64,000 nucleotides of DNA from Candidatus Dadabacteria bacterium (GCA_963805855.1 CAWDVW010000006.1:160001-224000); one strand, 5' to 3'. Positions 1 to 10,469 are shown, counted from the first letter of the stretch. Made by a program: numbers and translations. The notes: generated from the sequence alone by a model not told the origin.

Positions 1-107
1 ATGTCTCCGCATTATACGTGAACGCGGGTCACACTTTTGAGGGAAAAGAGGAGGAGCTGGGGGATATTATCATTAGATGGCTTAACAGAAGATTTAGAAA
101 TATTTAA
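1..107 (+). CDS. 3' end of a probable alpha/beta hydrolase (partial, runs off window)
   Basis: Frame from nt 3 reads VSALYVNAGHTFEGKEEELGDIIIRWLNRRFRNI*. The GH motif plus terminal helix is typical of hydrolase C-termini; tandem with the next gene. Confidence 0.55.
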   Translation, partial: VSALYVNAGHTFEGKEEELGDIIIRWLNRRFRNI

Positions 108-131
108 GCTCGACCATTATCAATACTTGAT

Positions 132-1058
132 ATGACTGAAAGACGACGGAGTTTAATTAATTTTCACGCCCGTGACGGATTCCTAATTCATTCGCTATTG
201 ATAGCTGATCGATTCGAAAATGAAGAAGATCTCTATGAAACACCAATCGTTATACAGGTTCATGGTGTCTTAGGAAACTTTCTCGCCCGTGGCACTCCGC
301 GGCTCCTACCCTCAGCTTTGCTGGAACGGGGTTACAGCTCGTTCGTCATTAATACACGCATGGCATTCCTAGGGCAGATCATGGGAGAAGGGATTTTTGA
401 TGAAGCAATTTATGACATAGAAGCCTCGATTGATTATCTTACCAGGGTAGGCTATCGAAATATTTTTATCTTGGGATATAGCCTAGGAGCAAACATAGTG
501 GCATATTATGCTTCAGAAAGGTTTGATTCAAATGTAATGGGTTTAATCCTCGAGGGATGCGCCTATTCTCTACCCGATTCCCAGCAGAAGCGACTTAAGA
601 AATGGAATAGCATTCCTTCATACGACGAAGTTTATAAGAGGGCGAAGAAGATTTTGAAACCAGATCCATATAATACGAAGAATGATCAGATTTTTGTCAT
701 ATATCGGGCGTGGGCGCCGTCATTCAATCCGCTGGATGCAGAACTGTTTACGTATAGGACATGGTGGTTTATGAGAGGGCCGGAGGCTTATAGTGCGAAA
801 ACATGTGATTTGATAAACAATATAAAGGTTCCGGTACTTTTTATACAGGGCGCAAATGACGATATTGTTGAAGAATGGGAGTCTAAAGAATTGGCGCGTA
901 GGGTTTATGAATCAGGTAATAATAATGTTACATTAAGATATATAACTAATGCCAAACATGACTGTATGGAGAATCCGGACGAAACTATCGACACGATCGT
1001 TGAGTGGATTGCGAAAATGGGGAAAAAGCCCCTACCTGTTTCCAAAGCCAAGAGTTGA
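132..1058 (+). CDS. alpha/beta fold hydrolase
   Basis: HG oxyanion motif, GYSLG nucleophile elbow, QGANDDIV and AKH catalytic Asp/His. Confidence 0.85.
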   Translation: MTERRRSLINFHARDGFLIHSLLIADRFENEEDLYETPIVIQVHGVLGNFLARGTPRLLPSALLERGYSSFVINTRMAFLGQIMGEGIFDEAIYDIEASIDYLTRVGYRNIFILGYSLGANIVAYYASERFDSNVMGLILEGCAYSLPDSQQKRLKKWNSIPSYDEVYKRAKKILKPDPYNTKNDQIFVIYRAWAPSFNPLDAELFTYRTWWFMRGPEAYSAKTCDLINNIKVPVLFIQGANDDIVEEWESKELARRVYESGNNNVTLRYITNAKHDCMENPDETIDTIVEWIAKMGKKPLPVSKAKS

Positions 1059-1103
1059 ATTTTTACTTACTTTTATTGATCTCAGAAGATAAATTAAGCG
1101 GAG

Positions 1104-1421
1104 GTGAATATTATGTTTTATTTCGTATACTTTGACCCGAAGGAAGGTGTTAGGAGAGACAATATAGTGAAAGCCTATAGTAAGTATGCCGAATACTTTA
1201 GAAACAAAGTACCACGATTTAATTATATAGGACTTTATGGACGAAATGCACTACTCGGATCAAGGCCACACTATGTGGCGATTTGGGAATTTTCAAATTA
1301 CTCAGATCTCGATGAATGGAACAGGGTCTTTGGAGGCGATAAAAAGGGGCAGAGGCTAGCCAGGGATTTACGTGATTTGACTATCGATTGGGAAGCGAAG
1401 ATTATGTCAAAGTTGGCATGA
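1104..1421 (+). CDS. small hypothetical protein, likely dimeric alpha-beta barrel
   Basis: GGAGG RBS; YVAIWEFSNYSDLDEW pattern. Confidence 0.6.
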   Translation: MNIMFYFVYFDPKEGVRRDNIVKAYSKYAEYFRNKVPRFNYIGLYGRNALLGSRPHYVAIWEFSNYSDLDEWNRVFGGDKKGQRLARDLRDLTIDWEAKIMSKLA

Positions 1422-1498
1422 TAGTCACCTATATTCTAATTTCATTTTCTATTTAGCAATTCTCGGGTGAGGCGATAGATTCTCGATCGGAATGACAT

Positions 1499-1910
1499 AT
1501 GCGTAAACTTATATCAGCCTTGTTTATTTTTTTAGTTTTATCATCCAACGGTGGGTCCGTCGAACCTTCAAATAAGAATCCAATGATCCAACATCCGGAG
1601 TGGTACATTAAGATTTTAGATTGGTCTTTTTATGTCGCTTGGGGTGGAGTAGCAATCATACAAAATGTAGCAATCGAGAACACTAGTAGTGTTGGATACC
1701 AAGACATAAAAGTGAGGGTAAATTATTATTCTACAACGGGCTCGAATTATGGTATCCAAGTTGGGCAGGAGATTGGGTTTTTACCCGTAACACTGCCTCC
1801 AAAAAGCAAAAAACATTTATCTAAAAGATGGCGCAATATTAGGACTCGGCTCCACAAATTTAAGAGCCGGAGCTATCGAGGTTTTAAGTGCGGTTCCTTT
1901 GATTCAGTAA
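1499..1910 (+). CDS. secreted hypothetical protein, apparent +1 frameshift in A-run at ~1808-1813; paralog of 11823..12242
   Basis: Signal peptide. Removing one A gives ...KSKNIYLKDGAILGLGSTNLRAGAIEVLSAVPLIQ* (stop 1908-1910), which aligns with the paralog C-terminus SKGTYLKGGMPIGMGAGSYQTKYVQVLGAVPVV. Confidence 0.7.
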
Positions 1911-1995
1911 AATCAGATGTTCAGAGTAGATGTTTGATACTCGTGTAGACAGCAAAAAGAGGTGTCTCTAAAGATGAAAAAGAGGAGGGGTCCGG

Positions 1996-3825
1996 ATGGA
2001 TATCCCAAATTATGTAGAAAATCGAAAGCTTCAAAATTGGATTCACGAAATGGTCGCTCTGTGCCAACCGGGCAAAATTCACTGGTGCGACGGTTCAAAT
2101 CAGGAGTATGATGCCATGTTCGATTCGATGGTAGAGTCAGGGACGGCCGTCAGGCTGGCTGAAGAGAAAAGGCCCAACAGTTACTTGGTAAGGTCTGACC
2201 CGAGTGATGTGGCTCGCGTAGAAGGGCGAACGTTTATTTGCAGTAAAAGCAAGAGTGATGCGGGTCCTACAAACAACTGGATGGATCCGAAGGAGATGAA
2301 AAAAACTCTGCTCGATCTGTTTGACGGTTCCATGCAGGGTCGAACAATGTACGTCATTCCTTTCAGTATGGGGCCTTTGGGCTCGCCAATTGCCCGTATC
2401 GGTGTGCAGATTAGTGATTCACCTTACGTCGTTGCTAACATGCGCATCATGACGCGCATGGGAAAACCAGCACTTGATATACTTGCGGATGAAGAATTTG
2501 TACCATGTATCCACTCAGTTGGCATGCCGCTAAACAATGGTCAGAATGACGTGCCCTGGCCATGCAACACGACAAAGTATATCGTGCATTTCCCCGAAGA
2601 ACGCTCTATCTGGTCGTATGGGAGCGGTTATGGTGGAAATGCACTTTTAGGGAAGAAATGTTTAGCACTGAGAATAGCCTCTATTCTTGCCAGAGACGAG
2701 GGTTGGTTAGCGGAGCACATGCTCATTTTGGGAGTAGAATCTCCTGAAGGAGATAAGACATACGTGACGGCTGCATTTCCCAGTGCATGTGGCAAGACCA
2801 ACTTCGCCATGCTAATTCCTCCTCCAGCATTTGAGGGATGGAAAGTGACCACTGTAGGGGATGACATAGCATGGATAAAGCCGGGCGGTGACGGATATCT
2901 CTATGCGATAAATCCAGAGTTTGGATACTTTGGAGTAGCCCCCGGCACTTCCGAAAAATCGAATCCGAATGCGATGGCTGCCCTTAGCCGAAATTCGATC
3001 TTTACAAACGTTGCGCTGACTGATGATGGTGACGTCTGGTGGGAAGATATGACCGATAATCCTCCAGACCATCTTATAGATTGGACAGGACGGGATTGGA
3101 CACCTGGTTGTGGAAGACCGGCAGCTCATCCGAATGCTCGCTTCACCGCACCTGCAAGCCAAAATCCCGCCATTGATCCCGATTGGGAAAATCCGAATGG
3201 AGTCCAAATAAAAGCAATTATCTTTGGTGGTCGGAGAAGCAAAGTGGTTCCTCTAATATATCAGTCATCCAATTGGAATTACGGGGTCTACTTGGCAGCC
3301 ACGATGGGTTCCGAGACAACCGCCGCCGCTGTAGGAGCAGTTGGAGAAATCCGACGTGATCCCTTTGCGATGTTGCCCTTCTGCGGTTATCACATGGGTG
3401 ATTATTTTAACTATTGGTTGGATTTTGGAAGGAAGATTCTCAATCCGCCGCGTATTTTCGGAGTTAACTGGTTCCGCAAGGATGACGATGGTAATTTCCT
3501 CTGGCCGGGTTTTGGAGAAAACATGCGAGTATTGAAATGGGTTGTAGACCGCGCGAACGGTCGTGCTCACGGTGTTGAAAATCCTATTGGGCGGGTTCCT
3601 CGCTACGAAGATATCGACTGGCGTGGATTGAAAAACTTCAGTCGTAAGAAATTCCAGGAACTAATGGCGGTGGATCGTGATGAATGGAAAGAGGAGATTC
3701 TTTCTCACGAGGAGCTGTTTATTAAGTTATACGATAAGTTGCCGAAGGAGCTTATCTTCATCCGTGAATTGATACTGTCAAGTCTTTGGCGGTCTCCAGA
3801 AGGCTGGGATGTAGTTTCTGAATAA
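1996..3825 (+). CDS. pckG: phosphoenolpyruvate carboxykinase (GTP)
   Basis: 609 aa; FPSACGKTN signature, [27 protein letters not shown]. Confidence 0.97.
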   Translation: MDIPNYVENRKLQNWIHEMVALCQPGKIHWCDGSNQEYDAMFDSMVESGTAVRLAEEKRPNSYLVRSDPSDVARVEGRTFICSKSKSDAGPTNNWMDPKEMKKTLLDLFDGSMQGRTMYVIPFSMGPLGSPIARIGVQISDSPYVVANMRIMTRMGKPALDILADEEFVPCIHSVGMPLNNGQNDVPWPCNTTKYIVHFPEERSIWSYGSGYGGNALLGKKCLALRIASILARDEGWLAEHMLILGVESPEGDKTYVTAAFPSACGKTNFAMLIPPPAFEGWKVTTVGDDIAWIKPGGDGYLYAINPEFGYFGVAPGTSEKSNPNAMAALSRNSIFTNVALTDDGDVWWEDMTDNPPDHLIDWTGRDWTPGCGRPAAHPNARFTAPASQNPAIDPDWENPNGVQIKAIIFGGRRSKVVPLIYQSSNWNYGVYLAATMGSETTAAAVGAVGEIRRDPFAMLPFCGYHMGDYFNYWLDFGRKILNPPRIFGVNWFRKDDDGNFLWPGFGENMRVLKWVVDRANGRAHGVENPIGRVPRYEDIDWRGLKNFSRKKFQELMAVDRDEWKEEILSHEELFIKLYDKLPKELIFIRELILSSLWRSPEGWDVVSE

Positions 3826-3888
3826 TCGGCGGCGGATCGGTCGTGCCGTCGCATTCTACTAACGCCCGATATGTTTCTATACCTTGTA

Positions 3889-4476
3889 TCACGGTCTCAG
3901 ATAGCCGGGGGGTACCCCCGCGCGCCGCGCTTCTTCTTGTAGCTTCTCCCTTTCGGGCTTTATAAAACCCAGTTTGAATTCGAGTTGCTTAATCCGGTCT
4001 TCCAGATTTCTAAGCTCAAGTATTGAACGATCTGCAAAGTACCCGTTGGTAAGCATGTAATCTACTTCTCTTTTCTTATACGTGATTAGATTTCTCGTGA
4101 GCGAAATGTCTTCCAAAATCCTTTTTTCTTCGTTATCAATCTCGAGTGCGCGACTTCTCCAGTACTCTCTTATAGCTTCTTCTTCATCAATTTCTAAATC
4201 TTCTTCAACGCCGTTCAACAAATCATCAGAGGGTGTGGGGGTTGGTAGGTTAGATTTAATTCGATTTTGCGAATGTTTCTTTTTTACCTCCTCAATAATC
4301 TCGACCTCAACTCCACTATCTTTTGGAATTAGCGAGGGATTGTCTGTGAAATGGACTTTTCCCATTTCATCAGTCCATTTATAAATGTCGTTTGCGTTTG
4401 CAAGTTGAGGGACTAAACTCAGAAATAAAATTCCGCATGTTGTGGTCAGAATGTTAGGAAGGAATTTTTTGCACAT
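3889..4476 (-). CDS. DUF4124-domain secreted protein
   Basis: Signal peptide then IYKWTDEMGKVHFTDNP; coiled-coil C-terminus ending AGVPPGYLR. Confidence 0.8.
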   Translation of the reverse strand: MCKKFLPNILTTTCGILFLSLVPQLANANDIYKWTDEMGKVHFTDNPSLIPKDSGVEVEIIEEVKKKHSQNRIKSNLPTPTPSDDLLNGVEEDLEIDEEEAIREYWRSRALEIDNEEKRILEDISLTRNLITYKKREVDYMLTNGYFADRSILELRNLEDRIKQLEFKLGFIKPEREKLQEEARRAGVPPGYLRP

Positions 4477-4561
4477 GCTTTAACTACCAAATCGCCCGCA
4501 GCTTGCGACAGGCTTTCCGCTGTCATGGCAGTGGCACGCACCGCACAGTCATTGCTGCAGA

Positions 4562-4914
4562 TGTTGGATATTTCGTGGACAGTATCTTAGATTTTAAATG
4601 GGCATTCAAAAAATTGCCAAAATCAATTCCGGAAGCGTTAAAAAAAGTGACAATCATTACTGTCATCTCGAAGGAGCATAGTGACTGAGAGAACTAATTA
4701 ATTATAGCAATAGATATCTCGCATTCGCTCGATACGCAAGCGTTTTTTGTTAGCCCTTGTCCTGAGCACAGTCGAAGGGTTGTTTCTTTGTATCAAGACA
4801 AAGAAAATAAAAGATTAAACGATGGATCCCCGATTAAAACATTCGAGGATGACGGATGAGTAAATTCCCAAGAAATTTGTCAGTTTTAGGATTTTGTCCA
4901 CGAAATATCTGACA
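4562..4914. mobile_element. MITE-like element with ~30-bp imperfect terminal inverted repeats
   Basis: Left end TGTTGGATATTTCGTGGACAGTATCTTAGA; right end reverse-complement TGTCAGATATTTCGTGGACAAAATCCTAAA; no ORF; contains REP-like palindromes. Confidence 0.55.
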
Positions 4915-4919
4915 CTTAC

Positions 4920-5080
4920 AATTGCGAGCACTTCGACCCGCCTGTGCTGAGTAAAATTGAAGTACTCAGTGCAGGCTCCGGCGAAGCAATCTGCCACATA
5001 AATACTATAATCGACTGAAATCCGTGCGAGACGCTCTGCCCGTGTTGAAGGAGATTGCTTTGGGACTGCCGAAGTCCCTT
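4920..5080. repeat. REP-like palindromic repeat cluster (TTGCGAG...GAAGCAATCT / GAGATTGCTT family)
   Basis: GCGAAGCAATCT...GAGATTGCTTTGGGACTGCCGAAGTCCC; similar copies at ~57098-57140 and ~62140-62365. Confidence 0.6.
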
Positions 5081-5178
5081 TGCTCCAGGGTCATTCATTT
5101 TTTTATCGCTAATTACGATATTTAGTATAACCTGTTAGGATTTGAATGTTGGAATTCAGAGGGGGGGTTTAAAATATT

Positions 5179-5631
5179 ATGCAAATACCATATAGGCTGC
5201 ATCCATTTATTATAGTCTTTGCTCTTTTGCAATTTCCGGTTCAAGTGTGGGCAGGGGAGGGCACGATTAAAATTCCGTCCCTACTACAGATATGTCAGGA
5301 ATATTCGGACGAGCCAATGATATCCGAGGATTTGTATCAGGGTAAAATGATTGAAACATCCGTCAAGGTGGCGAGCAAACGTATTATACCATCAGTTTGT
5401 TCTGATGCTGAACAAGGAACGTTTACCGCGGAATTTGTCGCAGACAGTTATGTTGTGCAGTGTGTTTGTAATGCTCCGCCCAACAAACAGGTTTTCGATG
5501 GGATAAACAGTGGAGATATTTTATCGATTACTGGTACTTTTAAGTCAATGACTTCTGCGTTTTTCGAGGGTGGCTTGAAGACTTGCCAGATTACCATTTA
5601 CGGATGTGCTCTTAAACTTGGGAACAGATAA
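5179..5631 (+). CDS. secreted OB-fold (tRNA_anti-like) hypothetical protein
   Basis: Signal peptide; YQGKMIETSVKV and GDILSITGTF patterns. Confidence 0.55.
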   Translation: MQIPYRLHPFIIVFALLQFPVQVWAGEGTIKIPSLLQICQEYSDEPMISEDLYQGKMIETSVKVASKRIIPSVCSDAEQGTFTAEFVADSYVVQCVCNAPPNKQVFDGINSGDILSITGTFKSMTSAFFEGGLKTCQITIYGCALKLGNR

Positions 5632-5665
5632 AACGGATAGGATCTTATCGCACCAGTTTAGCTGA

Positions 5666-6346
5666 TTAGGTTTCTATAGGTTTAATACATTCAGGCACAT
5701 CGTTCTTGGGTGAGTTAACTATGGTCGACACTTCATACGCTTCCATGAGGTCGGTTGGGTATGGTCCTAAGAGTGGTACTAGCTTGTCAAAATCCGTTAG
5801 CTCGGGATCCAGCCACTTGTTTTCATCCTTTTGGCGGAGCATTACGGGCATCCTGTCGTGGATTGGCTTCATCAATTCATTTGGACCCGTTGTTATTATC
5901 GTGAATGATAGTAGTTTATCGCCATCCGGCTGTTTCCATTCATCCCATAGGCCTGCGAAGGCGAATGGCTCTTTGCTCTTGAGTCTAAAGTATAGTGGTG
6001 TTTTTGTGCTTTTCTTTTGAGTTTTTATCCACTCATAAAATCCGCTAGCCAGTACCAAACACCTTTTTTTCTTTAAGGGATTTTTAAAGCTTGCTTTTTC
6101 TGTAATGGTTTCAGCCCTCGCATTTATCATCTTATAGCCTATTGAGGGCTCTTTCGCCCAGAAGGGTACCAATCCCCATCGCATCAATTTGAGCAGCCTG
6201 TTATCTTCTTCTACAACTACTACCGGGACATTTTGAGACGGGGCGATATTGAATCTCTTCTTGAACAGGATTCCAGCCGGGTTGGAGAAATTAAAACGGT
6301 CTTCAAATTCATCTTCTTCATTATGTTGGGTAAATCTTCCACACAT
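5666..6346 (-). CDS. SOS response-associated peptidase (SRAP/YedK/HMCES abasic-site protein)
   Basis: N-terminal MCGRF, INARAET, GFYEW, IHDRMP. Confidence 0.95.
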   Translation of the reverse strand: MCGRFTQHNEEDEFEDRFNFSNPAGILFKKRFNIAPSQNVPVVVVEEDNRLLKLMRWGLVPFWAKEPSIGYKMINARAETITEKASFKNPLKKKRCLVLASGFYEWIKTQKKSTKTPLYFRLKSKEPFAFAGLWDEWKQPDGDKLLSFTIITTGPNELMKPIHDRMPVMLRQKDENKWLDPELTDFDKLVPLLGPYPTDLMEAYEVSTIVNSPKNDVPECIKPIET

Positions 6347-6351
6347 GCTTG

Positions 6352-6603
6352 TTATCCTGAGCGAAAATCCATTAGTACTACTCCCTCTTCAACATTGGCC
6401 GGTATCAGCTCTACGCATGTACATACACGTGGGTCGAGCCAAACACTACCTTCATTTCCGCCATTATCATTAGCTATTTTACGGGCCTGGAATTCGTTCT
6501 CGGCACAGATCAGGAATCCGAAGCATTTGCCGAACCATGGATTCCAGGGGTTCTTCTCAGCGGGTAGGTTGCTATTTGGTTTCAGCAGCCACAGTTTCTT
6601 CAA
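6352..6603 (-). CDS. small hypothetical (phage-like) protein
   Basis: GGAGG RBS before TTG; tightly coupled upstream of SRAP. Confidence 0.6.
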   Translation of the reverse strand: MKKLWLLKPNSNLPAEKNPWNPWFGKCFGFLICAENEFQARKIANDNGGNEGSVWLDPRVCTCVELIPANVEEGVVLMDFRSG

Positions 6604-7049
6604 ATCTTAGCCTCCTATGAAGGTGGTTTGGGAGATCAATATTTATCATTATCTTTAGATATGCATCATTCCTTAACGATTCTGAGTTTGAATCATAACT
6701 TTTCCTACTTGACCGATACCCTAGCTCACATCCGGTGATAAACACCTTCAATATTTTATCCAATGTTTTAAAAGTTGAAATATGAATGCTATCCTGGACT
6801 TAAATACATGTTTAGGATTTCTAATAGGTGAGATTTCTTCTTCTTAGTTTATACTTGTTACAAACTACGTCAATGTCGAATTGAGACTTATGGTTTTACA
6901 GCACATTTAGTAAATTATGATTTGGATGGGTGGCCTCGTTTATTGTCAGGTTGCTGTGTCGCATTCAGATAATTAGAAGAGTATTGAAATTTTATGAAAT
7001 TTTAGGGTATCTATGATATTATTTGAGAAAAAAATAAAGGAGAGGGAGC

Positions 7050-7268
7050 ATGAATAAATTAGTACTGTTAGGTGTAATTTTTGCGCTGTCGCTCATCAGT
7101 TGTAATCCGGCATTAAAGAGGGCTGCTACTGATATGGAGAGTTCTAAGGAAGCTTATAAATCTTGTCTCGCGCAAAATCAGGAAGACACGTCGCGTTGTG
7201 ATACTTTAAGAACAGTTTACGAAGTCGATGTTCAGAATTATAAGGTAATTCGAGACGAACTCTATTGA
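7050..7268 (+). CDS. small lipoprotein
   Basis: Lipobox LISC; strong RBS. Confidence 0.7.
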   Translation: MNKLVLLGVIFALSLISCNPALKRAATDMESSKEAYKSCLAQNQEDTSRCDTLRTVYEVDVQNYKVIRDELY

Positions 7269-7610
7269 AGAAAGAAAAAAGAAAAGGGTACCACGCTTAA
7301 TTCATCATCCTTCGGCTGTGCCCTTGGATTCAACTCAGGACAGGCTCGGCATTCACCGTTTGGACTTACATTATCGTTTTAAGTGGATGCAACTCCGTTC
7401 AAACCGGGGTGTCGTTTTACCGGGACCACTTTTTCAGGGTTTGGGGGATCCCGCCGATCGAATGAGCATTTATAGGGACCCCGATAGGCGGGACATTCCT
7501 GTCCCGCTAATTTGCGAGAACGAAGGGGGATTTCTATGGACGCGCCGTTAGGTGATGCTTATAGGAGATTCTCCTTGACTTTTATGTTTGAATACCTCTA
7601 TTATTATAGT

Positions 7611-7763
7611 ATGGTAGTTACAACAAGAGCATTTCTTAAATACCTGGGCAATAGGAAATGGATAAAGTTAAGAAAGGCAGATATAGCGTTGCGTAAACCG
7701 TATCTTATTTACCTAGGAAATAGGAGATGGAAAAGAGATAAAAATATCCGTGCGTATCATTAA
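7611..7763 (+). CDS. 50-aa basic protein with duplicated YLGNRxW motif, probably leaderless
   Basis: MVVTTRAFLKYLGNRKW...YLIYLGNRRWKRDK; TTGACT-N18-TATTAT promoter ends 6 nt before the ATG. Confidence 0.5.
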   Translation: MVVTTRAFLKYLGNRKWIKLRKADIALRKPYLIYLGNRRWKRDKNIRAYH

Positions 7764-8158
7764 GCTGTTTATGTTTTAGACATGCCGGTCACGGTTCTCC
7801 AATCTAATATCCTCTAAGAAGGAAAAGGGGACGCGGCGCTGGACAGCCTCATCTATACCATATAATTTGAGTTTCATTACATTCTAATGTCATTACTGGC
7901 TTAGGGACAATACTAAAAATCTAATCTGAAGAATTCTAGTTGACTTTTAAATAACGTTGGCGTTATAGTTAAACGAGTAATTACAGAGGCTAAGTGGAAA
8001 TGGATGGGGTAGTTTATTTATGTTATCGTTCCCCTTTGATTAAGAGTGCAGTTTCTTTGCACTTAGCCCTTCTTAATATTTTTCGGCCCGATTTGATTTC
8101 TATGATCTCTTTTGTTACTAAAGATTCCTTAATGCGCAAATGATTTGATCGATATATT

Positions 8159-8569
8159 ATGTGCCCGTCAATCTTCTCATATTTTCTCGTCGTTATAATA
8201 CTTATTTCTTCTTGCACTGAAGGTAACAACTCCACAAAAGTAAAGAAGACCCAACGGAAAATTTCATCCGGTCTCCACAGTGTTATAGAAGAGTTAGAAT
8301 TAAAGCCAGAAAAAAAAGAGCAAGTGTTAACTTTTATTGACAAATCGGCTCGGATTAATGAACAGGGAGGAATACAAATTTACATCCAGTTGTACGAGAT
8401 TGATGAGTCAAAACTAGAGGATCTCAAGAAGCACGGTTTAACCATTGACATATATGATAATAAGCAGAAATTGGTTCAGGGTTGGGCACTACCCAATGAT
8501 GTAAAGGCCATCAGTGAACTTCCATTTGTGAAGACAATCGATTTACCCGCATATGGAATAGCAAATTGA
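8159..8569 (+). CDS. lipoprotein resembling a stand-alone subtilase (S8) propeptide domain
   Basis: Lipobox ISSC; IQIYIQL...LVQGW...ELPFVKTIDLPAYG pattern. Confidence 0.55.
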   Translation: MCPSIFSYFLVVIILISSCTEGNNSTKVKKTQRKISSGLHSVIEELELKPEKKEQVLTFIDKSARINEQGGIQIYIQLYEIDESKLEDLKKHGLTIDIYDNKQKLVQGWALPNDVKAISELPFVKTIDLPAYGIAN

Positions 8570-8614
8570 GGGGAGTATGGGGAAATGGTTAAATCCATAA
8601 TTCTAGTTGGAAAA

Positions 8615-9631
8615 GGGGTCAAATCTTTTGTTTATAAGTTTTGTTTATAATATCTTCGACCTTTTTTCTAAACCTTTTGTCCTTCTCCATTTTTACCCGT
8701 ACCCAGTTACAAGCCCATCCTACCACCCCATAACTACTTACTCCAAACATCCCTGCTACCTCATTTAGCGTTATATCACATAACTGCTTTACTAAATGCA
8801 TCCCTACCTTCCTCGCTTCACTATCACTTCCCTTTCTCCACCGAAGCACCTCATCAACTCTTGTCCCATATGCCGTAGCCACATTACTAGCTACCTCATT
8901 CACCGACGGCCTCAACCATACTCTCTCATGCCGAGGATGCTCTCTTCCTATCTTGCCTATCTTCTCCCTTACCCTTTCCCTAAAATCCTCTCCTCCTAAT
9001 ATTGGACTCTGGCGACTACGAGTATAAAACTTTTTTAACTTATCCTCATTCCCCGATAAAACAAACTCCTGAAATTCTCTAACACTACGGAATTCCTCCA
9101 ATAACTCAGTTACATTAAGCCACTGCGGTGCCTTTTTTGGTTTCAAATAGTTCTTATGGCTGCTCCACTTGTATTCGTCAGGTTCTTTAGCCAGTCCAGC
9201 CTCAATAGGATTCAAATGTATGTATCGCACTACAGCCGTCAGATATCTATCACCGTCTATCACTATTGCCTTGAATCGACCCCGAAATATGGGACCGTCT
9301 CGTCCATGCATTCTGTTAAATCTCTGTGTGTATAGACCGTCAACATGGCGCATGACACGGGAAAGATTTGCCTCCGGGGTCCTTAGGCAGACGTGATAAT
9401 GGCTACTCATCAGACAGTATGCAAAGACCTCAATACCCCAACGTTCATGGGTCTCAGCGATAGTCTTCAGAAATTCCTCGAAGTCTTTTGTCTGTATAAA
9501 TATCTTCTGACGTGCGATCCCACGATTCATCACATGGTATATTGCACCCGGAAACTGAATCCGAAGCGGACGAGACATTATAGATAATTATAGGGGAATC
9601 AATTAGACTTCTAAACAAAAGATTTGACCCC
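8615..9631 (-). mobile_element. TIR-bounded Y1 tyrosine-transposase element (RAYT/TIRYT-like)
   Basis: Perfect 20-bp inverted repeats GGGGTCAAATCTTTTGTTTA at 8615-8634 and 9612-9631 enclose the transposase. Confidence 0.8.
8619..9578 (-). CDS. REP-associated-type HUH (Y1) tyrosine transposase with C-terminal HTH
   Basis: YHVMNRG, AYCLMSSHYH (HUH), RYIHLNP (catalytic Tyr), YKWSS. Confidence 0.92.
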   Translation of the reverse strand: MSRPLRIQFPGAIYHVMNRGIARQKIFIQTKDFEEFLKTIAETHERWGIEVFAYCLMSSHYHVCLRTPEANLSRVMRHVDGLYTQRFNRMHGRDGPIFRGRFKAIVIDGDRYLTAVVRYIHLNPIEAGLAKEPDEYKWSSHKNYLKPKKAPQWLNVTELLEEFRSVREFQEFVLSGNEDKLKKFYTRSRQSPILGGEDFRERVREKIGKIGREHPRHERVWLRPSVNEVASNVATAYGTRVDEVLRWRKGSDSEARKVGMHLVKQLCDITLNEVAGMFGVSSYGVVGWACNWVRVKMEKDKRFRKKVEDIINKTYKQKI

Positions 9632-10074
9632 TAATTTATGTCACGCTGGATGGTCGCGACGAGGGCGCCCTCGTCATCCACCAGTTCGACGAGCTTCGAG
9701 GAGCGAATGACCTCACCACCCTGCTCGTGGAGGTACTCGGTCAGAATCGACTCGGTCACCTCCTCTGAGACGCCGATGTTGAACCCGTAACGACTGCCGC
9801 AAATTGAGAGGTCGATCTCTCCGAGTACTCTGCCCCCGGAGTGAAGTCGGGCCATGCGCTGCTTGACGCCCACAGTCAATAGGGGCTCGGGGATGCCCAG
9901 CGACTCAAAGACCTCAAGCGAGCGTGGGTGCACCACTGTCGCCCGGTCCCAGTGCAGCGGCGCTGGATGCGCATCGATGATACGACACTCAATCCCCCGG
10001 CGATGCAGTTCCGCAGCCAGGAGCAGCCCCGTCGGGCCTGCGCCCACCACGAGAACAGTCACATCAGGAACCAT
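9631..10074 (-). pseudogene. 5' fragment of FAD-dependent monooxygenase (FAD_binding_3), truncated next to the TIR
   Basis: VVGAGPTGL Rossmann motif, RATVVHPRSLE; only 147 codons; GC-rich. Confidence 0.85.
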
Positions 10075-10398
10075 GTCGAATCCACTTGAATATCATATTC
10101 GCATTTCAGGTCCAAAGAAGATGCTTCTCCCGTGCCTTTGTAGGTGTCTCGGTTAATTCAGTGATGAAGTCTCCCATTCTTTGTGGCAAACTCATTGGTC
10201 ATTCGAGGTTCATCGAGGAAAACAGCCATCTGCATCTCGCATTTCTTAGCCGAACTCGTAATTATACTGAATAATTCAATATAATCAGCTGTCAGGGTGA
10301 TAGTTAAGGATTCTATTTAATTTAAACCTGTTCGATTCATACACCCCATATGCTCTGACTATATATAAATAATAATCTCAAGTCAAAGAATGCTTCCT

Positions 10399-10435
10399 CC
10401 GTTTAAACCAAGCTTAACAAAAGGGGAGCGGTACA
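10399..10435 (+). repeat. island site R, copy A
   Basis: CCGTTTAAACCAAGCTTAACAAAAGGGGAGCGGTACA. Confidence 0.85.
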
Positions 10436-10440
10436 TGACA

Positions 10441-10469
10441 TTGACCTACATGCACTCATACATTATCAT
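10441..10469 (+). promoter_or_regulatory. sigma70-like promoter directly after site R copy A
   Basis: TTGACC-N17-TATCAT. Confidence 0.55.
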
